NCBI GenBank assembly: GCA_963737265.1
Contig: CAVTRY010000011.1
Coordinates: 768,001-832,000, forward strand
Direction: 5' to 3'
DNA: 64,000 nucleotides
From: an uncultured delta proteobacterium
GTDB lineage: Bacteria > Myxococcota_A > Polyangia > Fen-1088
How positions within the stretch are numbered: the stretch's first letter is position 1; each line of letters begins with the position of its first letter. Below are positions 46,492 through 56,560 of this stretch, one piece after another. The notes under the pieces are model-generated. The model saw only the letters and a list, made by a program, of their open reading frames with translations, had not been told where the DNA came from and did not search any database. The position numbers were made by a program, and so were the translations under genes.

Positions 46492-47409
46492 CTATTTCTT
46501 CGCCGGCAGGTGGGCCGTGGCCTCGGCCAGCTTGGCCAGCACCTCGTCGCGCCGAGCCTCCGGCACGGAAACCCGCGTGGGCATCCCTCCGCCCATGCCA
46601 AACATCTTGACGAAATCCAGACCCGATTCGAAATCCGCGGCAATGGACAGCGATCCGGCATCGCGCACGACGGCCACCGCCGCTCGCTGCTGGCCGAGCA
46701 AAAGGAGCTCGGTTTTATCGTAGGGAAGATTGGATTTTGCCTCGACGTAGGCCACGTTTCCGTCCACGCGGTAGCGTTCGGAAATCCGCTGCGCTTGTTC
46801 GAGCAACGCATCTACAAGCCGAGCCGCCGCATCGATTTCCTGAAAGTGGTGCGGAGCATGGGTGTGCGCCAGCAAATAGTGCATGATACGCAGCTTGAGA
46901 TTTTCGTCGCGAAAACGGGCGCGAAGCGCGCGATCGATGCGCACGGCGATCGGACCGGGTGTTCCGCGACGCGTGTCGATGGCGCGCGCATCCTCGTCCG
47001 CGCCTTGGTAGGGCTCGATGCCGTCGAGCAGCCATTTTGCCCCGGAGTAGAGGCCATCGAGGTCGACGTGCATGGCAATGGTGTCGACTGGTCCAATGCG
47101 AGCAACGATATCCGGCGTGACCATCTCCGGACATCCGCCGTGCTCGGCCTTGGTGGCGAGCACGAACCGACTGTCGCCAGCGTAGTCAGCGTGGCGTTCG
47201 TGATCGTGGTGATCGACCCACGCGGCCAGACGCGATCCCAGGCCGTTGATAAAGGGCCGGGTGATGGTTTCGAAGGACGAACTCCCGGCTTCCGACGCGA
47301 AAGCGATATCGAGCACGACAACGCGCCCCGCAAGTTTTTCCGGCTTGGTCAGCGCCCGCGGCGTCAGAAATGCGAAGCGGGTTGCCGCCAGCTTGTCAGG
47401 GTTGTTCAT
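46492..47409 (-). CDS. DHH-like phosphoesterase/hypothetical protein
   Basis: VVVLD, WVDHHDH, HVDLDG and GGG near the C-terminus. Confidence 0.6.
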   Translation of the reverse strand: MNNPDKLAATRFAFLTPRALTKPEKLAGRVVVLDIAFASEAGSSSFETITRPFINGLGSRLAAWVDHHDHERHADYAGDSRFVLATKAEHGGCPEMVTPDIVARIGPVDTIAMHVDLDGLYSGAKWLLDGIEPYQGADEDARAIDTRRGTPGPIAVRIDRALRARFRDENLKLRIMHYLLAHTHAPHHFQEIDAAARLVDALLEQAQRISERYRVDGNVAYVEAKSNLPYDKTELLLLGQQRAAVAVVRDAGSLSIAADFESGLDFVKMFGMGGGMPTRVSVPEARRDEVLAKLAEATAHLPAKK

Positions 47410-47548
47410 CGCCTGCGGGAAGGATAGCCGGGCCGAGCACCGCGGGCTAGCACCGTCGGATCTCGTTGGCAGACAAATCGAGGCATGCGCGTGTCCCAAA
47501 CACCGTGCCGATCTGCGTGCCGAGCGGAATCGCCAACATTTGCCTAGC

Positions 47549-47576
47549 TTGACACGTTGGGGCCTGCCTATAAGAT
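47549..47576 (+). promoter_or_regulatory. putative sigma70 promoter of the tolQ/R/R cluster
   Basis: TTGACA-16 bp-TAAGAT. Confidence 0.55.
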
Positions 47577-47673
47577 ACCCATCTCGTAGCAAAGATCCTG
47601 ACGACGACAGCTGTTTTCACCAAACCCACGGCGGGATGGCAAAGGCGAGCCCAACAGGCTCGCGGAGGATGAG

Positions 47674-48321
47674 ATGCAAGGATTCGCAAAGTTCCTAGAA
47701 GATGGCGGTACCCTCATGTACTTCAACCTATGCACCTCGATCATCGTATTTTCGATGATCGTGGACCGGTTGATCTTCTTCCTGGTGAAAAGCAGCATCA
47801 ACGCGCGAGCCTTCCTCGACCAGATCCGCAAGCTCGTGCTGGCGAACAATGTCGACCGCGCCATCAAGCTATGCTCGGCCACGACCGCACCGGTGGCTCA
47901 GGTGGCGAAGGCAGGCCTGCAGCGGATCCACCGCGGTGAGATCGCGGTCGCGCAAGCCATCGAAGAGTCCTTGGTCGACGTGACGCCGATGATCAAAAAA
48001 CGCATCCAGATTCTGTGGTCGCTGGCCAACATCGCCACCCTCATCGGCCTTCTCGGAACAGTCGTCGGTCTCATCCGAGCGTTCGGCGCAGTCGCAGCCG
48101 CCAAGCCGGAAGAGCGCAGCAACTTGCTCGCCAAGGGTATTTCAGAGGCGCTCAACAACACGGCCATGGGTCTCGGCATCGCGGTAACGTGCATCATTGC
48201 CCACGCTGTCCTCGGTTCCATGTCCAAGCGGCAAGCCGCCGACCTCGAAGGATTCTCGCTCAAGCTAGAGAATCTTTTGGCCGAATCGGCCCACTCCGGC
48301 GGAACCGCTCAGCAAAAGTAG
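47674..48321 (+). CDS. MotA/TolQ/ExbB proton-channel protein (AglR-like)
   Basis: ATLIGLLGTVVGLIRAF and GISEALNNTAMGL motifs. Confidence 0.9.
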   Translation: MQGFAKFLEDGGTLMYFNLCTSIIVFSMIVDRLIFFLVKSSINARAFLDQIRKLVLANNVDRAIKLCSATTAPVAQVAKAGLQRIHRGEIAVAQAIEESLVDVTPMIKKRIQILWSLANIATLIGLLGTVVGLIRAFGAVAAAKPEERSNLLAKGISEALNNTAMGLGIAVTCIIAHAVLGSMSKRQAADLEGFSLKLENLLAESAHSGGTAQQK

Positions 48322-48369
48322 GCTCCACTTGGGGCGAGCCAGATGAGCTTCTCATACGGATAAACAGCG

Positions 48370-48900
48370 ATGACGAAACGCCAGGTACGGTCTCGCATGC
48401 GGCATATGCGGGCGCAGTTCGAGGAGGCCGAGGAAGACACCGGCGAAATCAACCTCGTCCCCTACATGGACATCGTCACCAACATCATCATCTTTCTCCT
48501 CGCCTCGGTCATCAACCAGGTTCCCCTCGGGACCGTCAATGTCTCGTCACCCACCTTCGGTGGCGGCGCCGGTGGCGACAGCGCGCAGGAAAAGCCGGCA
48601 CTCAACCTCACCGTGACCGTCGGTACCTCGGGCTTCACGCTTGCCGGTTCAGGGGGCGTCATGCCGCCCATTCCCAAGCTGCCGACAGGCGACTACGACT
48701 ACCTGGCCCTCACCGCGAAGCTCGCCGAAATCAAGAAGGCATTTTCCGACGAGACCAAAGCCACCTTCAACGCGGACGCCGCCACACCCTATGACATCGT
48801 CGTGAAGACGCTGGATGCCATGCGCTACTATAAGGATGAAAAAGACCAGCGAGACAAAGAGCTCTTCCCGGATGTAGTCTTCGCGGCGGGCATACTCTGA
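48370..48900 (+). CDS. ExbD/TolR family protein (AglQ-like)
   Basis: EINLVPYMDIVTNIIIFLL and ADAATPYDIVVKTLDA motifs. Confidence 0.88.
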   Translation: MTKRQVRSRMRHMRAQFEEAEEDTGEINLVPYMDIVTNIIIFLLASVINQVPLGTVNVSSPTFGGGAGGDSAQEKPALNLTVTVGTSGFTLAGSGGVMPPIPKLPTGDYDYLALTAKLAEIKKAFSDETKATFNADAATPYDIVVKTLDAMRYYKDEKDQRDKELFPDVVFAAGIL

Positions 48901-49475
48901 TGGCGACGGACCAAGTTCGAAAGTTTACGCCCGAGCAGGCCGCGCGGCTGGCGGGGAAGAAGGCGATTCGCAGTTATGCGCGCAAGCTGGCCGAGCCCGA
49001 GGATATCCACGACCTGAACATCACCCCGATGATGGACATGATGACCATCATTCTAGTCTTCCTGCTCAAGAGCTTCACGTCGTCCGCTGCCCTGGTCAAC
49101 CTCGACCAGAACCTGATGTTGCCCCCTTCACAGACGCGGCTCGCGCCCAAGCAGGCGGTGCCGGTGACCATCACCAAGCGCGTGGTCCTGGTCGAGGGCG
49201 AGGCCGTGGCGCCCATTACCAACGGGCGCATCGATCCACAGCTCAAACGGGACGGCGACAACGGCTATTACATCACGCCGCTGGTCGAGATGCTGTCCAA
49301 GGTCGCCCGTCGCGAGAAAAAGGTGGCGGAAGTGACGGGACAAAAATTCGACGGCGAACTGACTATTATCGCCGACAAGAACACGCCCTACCGTTTACTA
49401 ACCGAGATTCTCTATTCCTGTGGCCAAGCCGAATACGCCAACTATCGGCTGCTCGTCCTCAAGAGCCGCGAATAG
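48900..49475 (+). CDS. ExbD/TolR family protein (AglS-like)
   Basis: LNITPMMDMMTIILVFLLKS and ADKNTPYRLL motifs; TGATG overlap with the upstream gene. Confidence 0.88.
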   Translation: MATDQVRKFTPEQAARLAGKKAIRSYARKLAEPEDIHDLNITPMMDMMTIILVFLLKSFTSSAALVNLDQNLMLPPSQTRLAPKQAVPVTITKRVVLVEGEAVAPITNGRIDPQLKRDGDNGYYITPLVEMLSKVARREKKVAEVTGQKFDGELTIIADKNTPYRLLTEILYSCGQAEYANYRLLVLKSRE

Positions 49476-49602
49476 TTCCGGCTAGTTCAGCGCCGGAAAC
49501 GATAGCGCGGAAGGACGCACGTTCCGGGGCAGCGACACGCCATGCTCACCGGGCTGGCCGACATGGGCGAGCGAGATTCCGGGCCAGCTCGGGCCGGCCA
49601 CC

Positions 49603-49800
49603 GTGAGCGGTCGCGGTAGCGTGAGCGACCTGCGGTCGCGGCTCGCGTGCGCGTGCGCGTGCGCGCCCGCGACCCGCAGAGCGCTCACACCCTCGCCCCA
49701 CGCTTTCCGCCTTCCGCGCGCTGCCCACGAACTCGCTCACGCCCCCGCTCACGCGGCCCGCGAACCGCCACCCGCGGGCCGGCCCTCCGGGCGGCCCGCG
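49603..49800. repeat. intergenic palindrome-rich element between convergent genes
   Basis: GTGAGCG twice / CGCTCAC twice as arms, a nested CTGCGGTCGCGG..CCGCGACCCGCAG stem around (GCGTGC)x3, and a GC hairpin at 49773-49800. Confidence 0.6.
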
Positions 49801-49814
49801 ATTTCCCGACGGCT

Positions 49815-52085
49815 CTAGTTGACGACCACCAACTCGACGCGACGGTTCTTGACTTTGCCCTTGCCAAGGTTGGGAACCAACGGCTTCTTCGCTGCCATGC
49901 CGACGGGGACCACGCGCTCCGGCGCGATGCCTTGATCCACGAGATACTTGGCAACGGCCTTGGCCTGCTCGTCGGTAAGGGCCTGGGCCTCGGTTGCCGG
50001 CAAGCTGCCGTCCCAGTGAGCCTCGACGCGCACCTGTTTGATTTCCGAGCGGTTCACCAGGATGTCGACGACCTCGTCCAGCAGATGCGGCATTCCCACC
50101 GCCAACTCGACGCCGGACTTCTTGCCCGCCGGCTTGAAGGCGATTGCCTGCCGGAACTTGAACTTTCCATCCTGGAAGGTCACCCCGGCCACGGCCGGGC
50201 GGCTGCGCAGGGTGATGTTCACCGAATTCTCGCGCCCCTCGGCCACGGACAGTTGCACTTCCTTCGACAGATATTGATCGGCATCGACCCGCACGGCGTA
50301 CAGGCCCGACGCCACCGGTACAGCGAAGTTTCCCGACTCGTCCGACTTGGCCTCGGCGATTTGTGGACCGGCCATCTTGATGGAGGCCACCACGCCCTTA
50401 CCCGAGTCGTCGGTGATCCTACCGACGGCTTTGGCGGCTGGCGCACGAGGCGTGAGCGTCACCACCAGATTGGCGGTCTGACCGGCGATGACCTCGGTCT
50501 TGACCGAAGCGGTCTCGAAGCCATTCGCAACCACCAACAGCTCAACCGGCCCAGGCGCAAGCGGCACGCTCTGGAAGGTTCCATCGGTATCGGTCAGCAC
50601 GCGCGAATGCTCCCGGCCGCTCACCCCAACCACGGCACCTTCGATAGGCGTGCCCGCCGCGCTGATCACTCGGCCAGCCACCAAACCCTCCCGCATCAGG
50701 CCTTCCCTCGCCACCACCTTCTCGACCGGCACGTTGCGCGTGATGATGCGCGGGACCAGATCTAGTTGGTAGCCGACGCCGAAGAGCAGGTTCCACGGTG
50801 CGAGCGCCGGTCCGTAAACATAGCCAACGGACTTCATCGCAACGTCCAGCCCGACTGTCATCGTGAGACCGTGAAGCACTCGCGCCTGCACTCCCAGGGT
50901 GAGCCAGTGCTGGTCCCGGTTGTTCTTGCTGTTGGGCTGAGAATCAGCGATCACCTGGTCTGCGGTGCCGGTGAGATACTCGAAATGGTACTCCACTATT
51001 GGCCGCAATGAGAAGCCGTCGGCCAATTCCTCGAACGGCGCATCCGCGCCCAGGGCAAGTCGGAAGCGGTCTTCGGAAATGCCGTAGGCAAACCGGGAAA
51101 CGTACCGGGAAACGGCGGACGTATTGGCGGCGTTGTAATCAACCACATTGCCCGAATTGTCGATGTAGTAGCCGACATTCAGGTGAAGCCGCAGCGGCAC
51201 GTTTTGCGTCGCTGGCTTGAGATCGTAAGTTCCGATGGCATTGAGCCACACCGAGGTCGAGCTCGGAGAGAACGACAGACCGGTAATCGAGGACAGCATG
51301 CGCAGGCCAAACTCGCCACCGGCGGAAAAGCCGGGCGCGACCGGGTAGGCCAGCTTGGTTCCCAGGATCAGGTCACCGAAGGTCTTGATAAGCTCCGGGT
51401 CGGTGCGATTGGGCTCGGGCGTGCACACCTCGCCCGTGCCCGTCGTGGGATCGGGCCCGCACAAACGCCGATTCCGGTTCGCCGATCCCAGAACCGCGCC
51501 GAAGATCTCCCAATGTTGAATGGGCGTGATGCCGAAGGTCAGAGCCCCTTGCAGACGCGTGTCTTTGTCGCTCGTAGAAACGATTTGGTTCTGGGCCGTC
51601 GTTTCTTGTCCCTGAACCAAGACATTGCTCGCGCTGAAGAACTCGCCGTGCAGGCCGAGGCGGAGCTGGCCGACGTTGCCCGTGTCCGCCGAGCTCATGT
51701 GCAGCAGACCGACAGCGCCGCCGAGGCTAAGCTGGGGAATGAATCCGCGTTGCAGGTCATCGTTCTCCGATGTCGCGACCGCCGACGGCGTCTCTGCCGT
51801 CTCGGACGGCGCGGACTCAATGTTGCCGAAGGTCGCTGGTGGCGCGGCAAAGGGCATCGGCGCGGGTGCCGGTGCAGGCATCGCCGCTGGCGAGGGTATC
51901 GCCGCGGGAGCAGGTGCCGGCATCGCCGCCGGCGCAGGTACCGGCATCGCCGCCGGCGCCAACGCAGGGGGCGGCCAAGGTGTCGCGGGCGAAGCAGCCG
52001 GGGGCGGGCTGTACTGCGCGACCGCAGCCATCGGAATAAGGAAAACTGCGACGAAGGAGGCGAGGGTGGTCGGGTTGGTTCGCAT
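49815..52085 (-). CDS. OmpA-family outer-membrane protein (beta-barrel, carboxypeptidase-regulatory-like repeats, OmpA C-domain)
   Basis: Signal peptide, PAAMP repeats, two GRV/GRI..DG.F Ig-like repeats and C-terminal NRRVE. Confidence 0.8.
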   Translation of the reverse strand: MRTNPTTLASFVAVFLIPMAAVAQYSPPPAASPATPWPPPALAPAAMPVPAPAAMPAPAPAAIPSPAAMPAPAPAPMPFAAPPATFGNIESAPSETAETPSAVATSENDDLQRGFIPQLSLGGAVGLLHMSSADTGNVGQLRLGLHGEFFSASNVLVQGQETTAQNQIVSTSDKDTRLQGALTFGITPIQHWEIFGAVLGSANRNRRLCGPDPTTGTGEVCTPEPNRTDPELIKTFGDLILGTKLAYPVAPGFSAGGEFGLRMLSSITGLSFSPSSTSVWLNAIGTYDLKPATQNVPLRLHLNVGYYIDNSGNVVDYNAANTSAVSRYVSRFAYGISEDRFRLALGADAPFEELADGFSLRPIVEYHFEYLTGTADQVIADSQPNSKNNRDQHWLTLGVQARVLHGLTMTVGLDVAMKSVGYVYGPALAPWNLLFGVGYQLDLVPRIITRNVPVEKVVAREGLMREGLVAGRVISAAGTPIEGAVVGVSGREHSRVLTDTDGTFQSVPLAPGPVELLVVANGFETASVKTEVIAGQTANLVVTLTPRAPAAKAVGRITDDSGKGVVASIKMAGPQIAEAKSDESGNFAVPVASGLYAVRVDADQYLSKEVQLSVAEGRENSVNITLRSRPAVAGVTFQDGKFKFRQAIAFKPAGKKSGVELAVGMPHLLDEVVDILVNRSEIKQVRVEAHWDGSLPATEAQALTDEQAKAVAKYLVDQGIAPERVVPVGMAAKKPLVPNLGKGKVKNRRVELVVVN

Positions 52086-52260
52086 TCGTGGCTCCGGTTA
52101 GCGAGTCGAGGCCGTATGGTAGACGGGCTTTGGAAACGGCGCAATCGCCAGTTTCCGCACTTTGCTGGCTCAAGTCGTCAGTTAGTTACCCTCGTCACAC
52201 GTTTTTGCTCACCGGAACAGTTGAATTCTTGTTCCGGGCGTGGGAGTAAGTCCCGGCAGC

Positions 52261-53058
52261 ATGTCGTCGCCACTTGACCAGTTGACTGATGAGATTCGTG
52301 AAGTCGCTCTCCTCGTTCACTCGGCCCAGGAGCGGGCAGAGGACCGAGAGATAGTCAAAAGCGCCCACCTGGCCGTCGAACGCCTGTCGAAGCGCTACAA
52401 AGACCTCTCCACCAGCGGCCCCGAGGCCGAGCGGGAAAAGGTCGAGCGCAAGCTCGGACGCCGGGTGACCGATCTGCGGCGACTGGCGTCGATGCTTCCA
52501 CGCATCGGCTCGATTGCCAGCGAGCACACGGGAGACCAGGCGAGTGCCGGGCCATCGCAAGTGCAAGAGCGCCGTATTACCGGCGTTTCGTGGCGAAGCG
52601 AGGCACCCCTCGGCGCGGCCCTTCGCCCTGCCCTGCGCGTGGGCGGCGAAATCGACGGCTGGTGTGGCCCGTGCGAAAGCCTCACCACCCACCACATTAT
52701 CGCCATGGTGGGCGACACACCGAAACAGGTGGTCTGCCAGGCCTGCGGAGGCCGCCACGGGTATCGAACGACGCCTGCGCGCAGAGTTGTAAGCGAAAGC
52801 GAAAACACGCCCGTGGCGACGCCCAGGGAAACCGACGCTTCGCGCAGGGCGGAGCAGAAAGCCACGGAATTGCGCGTCCTCGGCCAAGAGCTTGCCGAAG
52901 CCACCACCGTTCGGGTATTCAGTGCGCGCGAGCGATTCAAAGTGGGAGAGGTCATCTCCCATCCCGAATACGGCCGCGGCAAGGTCGAAACCGTTCTGCG
53001 CTCCAGCCTGCTCGTGCGCTTCCCCAATGGCGGACTCAAGTCGCTGATGTTGTCCTAA
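52261..53058 (+). CDS. hypothetical protein with Zn-ribbon (CxxC..CxxC) and C-terminal Tudor-like domain
   Basis: WCGPC..VCQAC; C-terminus FKVGEVISHPEYGRGKV..VRFPNGGLKSL. Confidence 0.7.
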   Translation: MSSPLDQLTDEIREVALLVHSAQERAEDREIVKSAHLAVERLSKRYKDLSTSGPEAEREKVERKLGRRVTDLRRLASMLPRIGSIASEHTGDQASAGPSQVQERRITGVSWRSEAPLGAALRPALRVGGEIDGWCGPCESLTTHHIIAMVGDTPKQVVCQACGGRHGYRTTPARRVVSESENTPVATPRETDASRRAEQKATELRVLGQELAEATTVRVFSARERFKVGEVISHPEYGRGKVETVLRSSLLVRFPNGGLKSLMLS

Positions 53059-53112
53059 CCATTCCTTGCTAGGAGACCAAGCTTAGGGAAGGATCGGCCG
53101 GTAAGGATCCGC

Positions 53113-54570
53113 ATGGCTTCACCGGACGAAACGTATATCCACGCGCCCGGCGCTCCCTCCCGGTTGCGCACGTCGATCCTGGTCGTCGACGACGACGCCG
53201 ACATGCGCGAGTGGGTCAAGGAGGATCTCGAGCGCGAGGGTTTTGTGGTCGAGACCGCAGCGGGTGGACGGGCGGGCGTCGCGCGCGTGAAAGCGGGCGG
53301 CATCGACCTGGTGGTTTCAGACGTGAAGATGCCCGACCTCGACGGCTTGGACCTGCTGCGCGAAGTGCGCGAGGTCGAGCCGTCGCCCTTCGTCATCATC
53401 GTCACGGGCTTCGGCTCCATCGACACCGCCATTCGAGCGGTAAAGCTCGGTGCCTGCGACTACATCACCAAGCCCTTCAAAATCGACCAGCTCCTCCTCA
53501 GTATCGACAAGGCGCTGGCGGAACGTGCCCTGCGTTCCGAGGTCAGCCGCCTGCGCGAAGAAGTCAGCCGACGTGATCGCCTGGACAACATCATCGGACG
53601 ATCGGCGGCGATGCAGGAAATCTTCGCGCTCATCCGCCGCGTGTCGGCGTCCCACGCCAATGTGCTGGTGACCGGCGAATCGGGCACCGGCAAAGAACTG
53701 GTGGCGCGCGCCCTGCACGCCCACGGTTCGCGCCAAAGCCGCCCCTTCGTCGCCTTGAACTGCGCGGCCATCCCGGAGAATCTCCTCGAAAGCGAGCTCT
53801 TCGGCTACGCGCGCGGCGCACATTCGACGGCGCGCACCGATCGCCAAGGATTGTTCGTCGAAGCCAACGGTGGAACCTTGTTTCTCGACGAAATCGCCGA
53901 GCTTCCCCTGCCCTTGCAGCCCAAGCTGCTGCGCGTTCTGCAAGATGGCGAAGTGCGGCCGCTCGGTATGAATCGGGCCGAACGCGTCGACGTGCGCATC
54001 ATCGCCGCCACCAACCGCGACCTCGAACGCCAGCTCCGCGACGGCCGCTTCCGCGAGGATCTCTACTACCGCCTCAACGTGATTCAGATCCACCTACCCC
54101 CCCTGCGCGGTCGCCAGGAAGACATCCTCGCCCTGGCCGATCACTTTCTCGCCCGCTCGGTCCAGAGGTCGACCAAGCCCGTTGGTGGCTGGAAGGAAAG
54201 TGCCAAGAAGATCCTGCTTGGCTACCAGTGGCCGGGAAATGTGCGCGAATTGGAAAACATCGTCGAGCGCGCCGTGGCCCTTACCGAGAGCGACCTCATC
54301 GGCCCCGACGATCTGCCGCCCTCGATGCAAGAGCGCAAAAGCCAGGATCGCATCGCCACAGCCATCGCCCGGGGATTCACCCTCGACCAGCTTGAGCGCG
54401 AATACATCGAGCGCGTGCTTGAGGCGGAAGGCGGCAATAAGACGCGTGCGGCGCAGCGCCTGGGGCTCGATCGGAAGACGCTCTACCGAAAGCTGGAAGA
54501 ATACGCCGCCTCGCCCAAAGGTGAAGACGGCGGCACGCGAGGAGCTGGTCCAGACGATGCCGGCTCGTGA
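53113..54570 (+). CDS. NtrC-like response regulator (REC-AAA+-HTH) with non-canonical GAFTGA loop
   Basis: REC domain, [31 protein letters not shown] and HTH. Confidence 0.92.
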   Translation: MASPDETYIHAPGAPSRLRTSILVVDDDADMREWVKEDLEREGFVVETAAGGRAGVARVKAGGIDLVVSDVKMPDLDGLDLLREVREVEPSPFVIIVTGFGSIDTAIRAVKLGACDYITKPFKIDQLLLSIDKALAERALRSEVSRLREEVSRRDRLDNIIGRSAAMQEIFALIRRVSASHANVLVTGESGTGKELVARALHAHGSRQSRPFVALNCAAIPENLLESELFGYARGAHSTARTDRQGLFVEANGGTLFLDEIAELPLPLQPKLLRVLQDGEVRPLGMNRAERVDVRIIAATNRDLERQLRDGRFREDLYYRLNVIQIHLPPLRGRQEDILALADHFLARSVQRSTKPVGGWKESAKKILLGYQWPGNVRELENIVERAVALTESDLIGPDDLPPSMQERKSQDRIATAIARGFTLDQLEREYIERVLEAEGGNKTRAAQRLGLDRKTLYRKLEEYAASPKGEDGGTRGAGPDDAGS

Positions 54571-54625
54571 GCCGCGCAAGGACTGCGTAGTCGACTGGCG
54601 CGCGCCGTTGTCGTAGAAGACGATC

Positions 54626-56536
54626 ATGCGCACCACCGGATTGTGCATGCTGCTTCTGCTCGGATGTGCGCCGAGCTATGCCAACGCGCAGAAGCAGCAA
54701 AGCCCGATTCCTCCGCCGAGCGAAGGCGCAAGCGTCGATGCTGGCGACGATCTGGGCGGCGACGCCGACTTTCGACAAGCCGCCAGTCATGCGTTCGCCG
54801 CCGACACGCGGACCGCACGAAGCGCGATCGAATCCTTCCTCGCGCACCACCCCAACCACCACGAGCGCCCGGCCGCCATCGCGCTGCTGGCGCGGGAGCT
54901 GCTGGCGCTCGGCGATGCGGCCTCGGCCAAGGCCTTGCTCGACCGGGATGCCTCGCGGCCAGCCACGCCGGACCAAGTTTTTCTGGCCGGACTCTGTGAC
55001 AGCCGCCTAGGCAACCATGGGCGCGCCATCGAATTTCTACGAGGGTTTGCCCTCGCGGGTCCTCCCATGATCGGTGGCCAGCCAGACCCCGAAGCGAATT
55101 TCTATCTGCGCGGGGCCTTGGCCGAATCGCTGGCGGCGACCGGCGATCCGGCGGGTGCGATCGATCAGTTCGACGTCTACCGACAGCAGCCAGCGATTGG
55201 CGACCACGAACGGATCTTTGCCGGACGGCGAAGCGAGGACTTCGCCGGCCAGATGACCGAGCCAGCGGCTTTGCAAGCGCTGTCGGTTCATCGCAGCAGC
55301 CTTACCCGAGCCCTCCTCGGCGCCAAGGCCGTCGCGTTGCTGCGCGCCCGCGGCGACGAGGTAGGCGCGGCCAAGCTGGAGCAGGACACCCTCGCCGTTC
55401 GCCGGCAGCTAGGGCTGGAAACCATCCTGCCCTGGGCAGGGCCTGGCGATCCCTTTCGCTTTGGGCTCGTGGTTCCGCTGTCGGGGCCGCAAACCCGCCT
55501 CGGCGAGGTGGTTCTGCGCGGCGCCATGCTCGCCATCACGGCCGACACGCACACGACCGAACGGGCGCCGTACCAGCTGGTGTTGCGCGATTCCGCGGCG
55601 ACCGCGGATCGCTCGGCCCACGGCGGCGGCCCTAGCGCCGGTGTGCTTTCCCTGATCCGAGAAGAATCCGCGATCGGCGCCGTCAGTTCCCCCGACGCAC
55701 GCAGCGTGGACTTGGCCACACGCGACGGGATCGGCCTGCTCGTCCTCGACGAGCGCGCACCCGGCCCGGGCACGACCGCGTTTCAACTCATTCACTCCGC
55801 CGAAGCGCGCGCGGTGGCCTTGGCCCGCAAGGCGCTCACGCTTGGCGCGCGCCGATTCGCCATCCTCGGCCCGGACACTTCGTCGGGAAAGCGCTTGGCC
55901 GCCGCCTTCAAGAACGCCGTGGAAAGCGGTGGAGGAACCGTCACCGGCCAAATCACCTACGCTGCCGCTGCCACGAGCTTCTCCGCGAACGTCGCCAATC
56001 TGCGCAAGCTGGCCTTCGAGGCTCTCTTCGTCCCCGATGAGGCCAACCGCCTCGAACTGCTCGCGCCGGCGCTGGCGACAGTGAACATCTGGCCGCACTC
56101 ACCACGCACCAACATCGCCCCGGCGCACGAAGCGGCATCGTCTGGCACTGGTCGGCGGGAAACCCTGCTGCTATCCACCGCGCTTAGCCTCTCGCCCAAG
56201 CTCCTGCACAATGCCGAGCGCTACGTTCAAGGCGCCCTGCTCTGCCCCGGTTTCTATCCGGCCGACGACGACCGCAGCGGAAGTTTCGTAGCGCGGTTCA
56301 GGGAGACCTACGGCACGTCCCCCAGCGCGGCCGATGCCTATGGCTACGACGGCATCTTCCTTTTGCGAGGCGCGGTCGAACGCGGCGCAAGGACCCGAGC
56401 CGATGTCCTGCGCGTTCTGGCGTCGGAAACCTTCGAAGGAATCACAGGCGACATTCGCTTCGGGCCCGATCACGGCCGCATCGACCCACCGCTGGTTTAT
56501 GTTGTTGACGGCGACACCATCCGATCGCTCAAGTAG
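54626..56536 (+). CDS. LpoA/LppC-like lipoprotein (penicillin-binding protein activator; type I periplasmic binding fold)
   Basis: Lipobox LLGC, TPR-like N-half, GLVVPLSG, AYGYD and FEGITGDIRF motifs; upstream of holA. Confidence 0.75.
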   Translation: MRTTGLCMLLLLGCAPSYANAQKQQSPIPPPSEGASVDAGDDLGGDADFRQAASHAFAADTRTARSAIESFLAHHPNHHERPAAIALLARELLALGDAASAKALLDRDASRPATPDQVFLAGLCDSRLGNHGRAIEFLRGFALAGPPMIGGQPDPEANFYLRGALAESLAATGDPAGAIDQFDVYRQQPAIGDHERIFAGRRSEDFAGQMTEPAALQALSVHRSSLTRALLGAKAVALLRARGDEVGAAKLEQDTLAVRRQLGLETILPWAGPGDPFRFGLVVPLSGPQTRLGEVVLRGAMLAITADTHTTERAPYQLVLRDSAATADRSAHGGGPSAGVLSLIREESAIGAVSSPDARSVDLATRDGIGLLVLDERAPGPGTTAFQLIHSAEARAVALARKALTLGARRFAILGPDTSSGKRLAAAFKNAVESGGGTVTGQITYAAAATSFSANVANLRKLAFEALFVPDEANRLELLAPALATVNIWPHSPRTNIAPAHEAASSGTGRRETLLLSTALSLSPKLLHNAERYVQGALLCPGFYPADDDRSGSFVARFRETYGTSPSAADAYGYDGIFLLRGAVERGARTRADVLRVLASETFEGITGDIRFGPDHGRIDPPLVYVVDGDTIRSLK

Positions 56537-56560
56537 CGTAGGTGGGAAGCGAGAAGATCC

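Noticed and set aside
47615-47665. c-di-GMP-I riboswitch-like words (CAAACC..GGGA..GCAAAG) in the tolQ leader
   Set aside because: The P2 stem is too short and lacks a GNRA tetraloop. Only the 7-bp hairpin GCGAGCC/GGCTCGC before the RBS is supportable.
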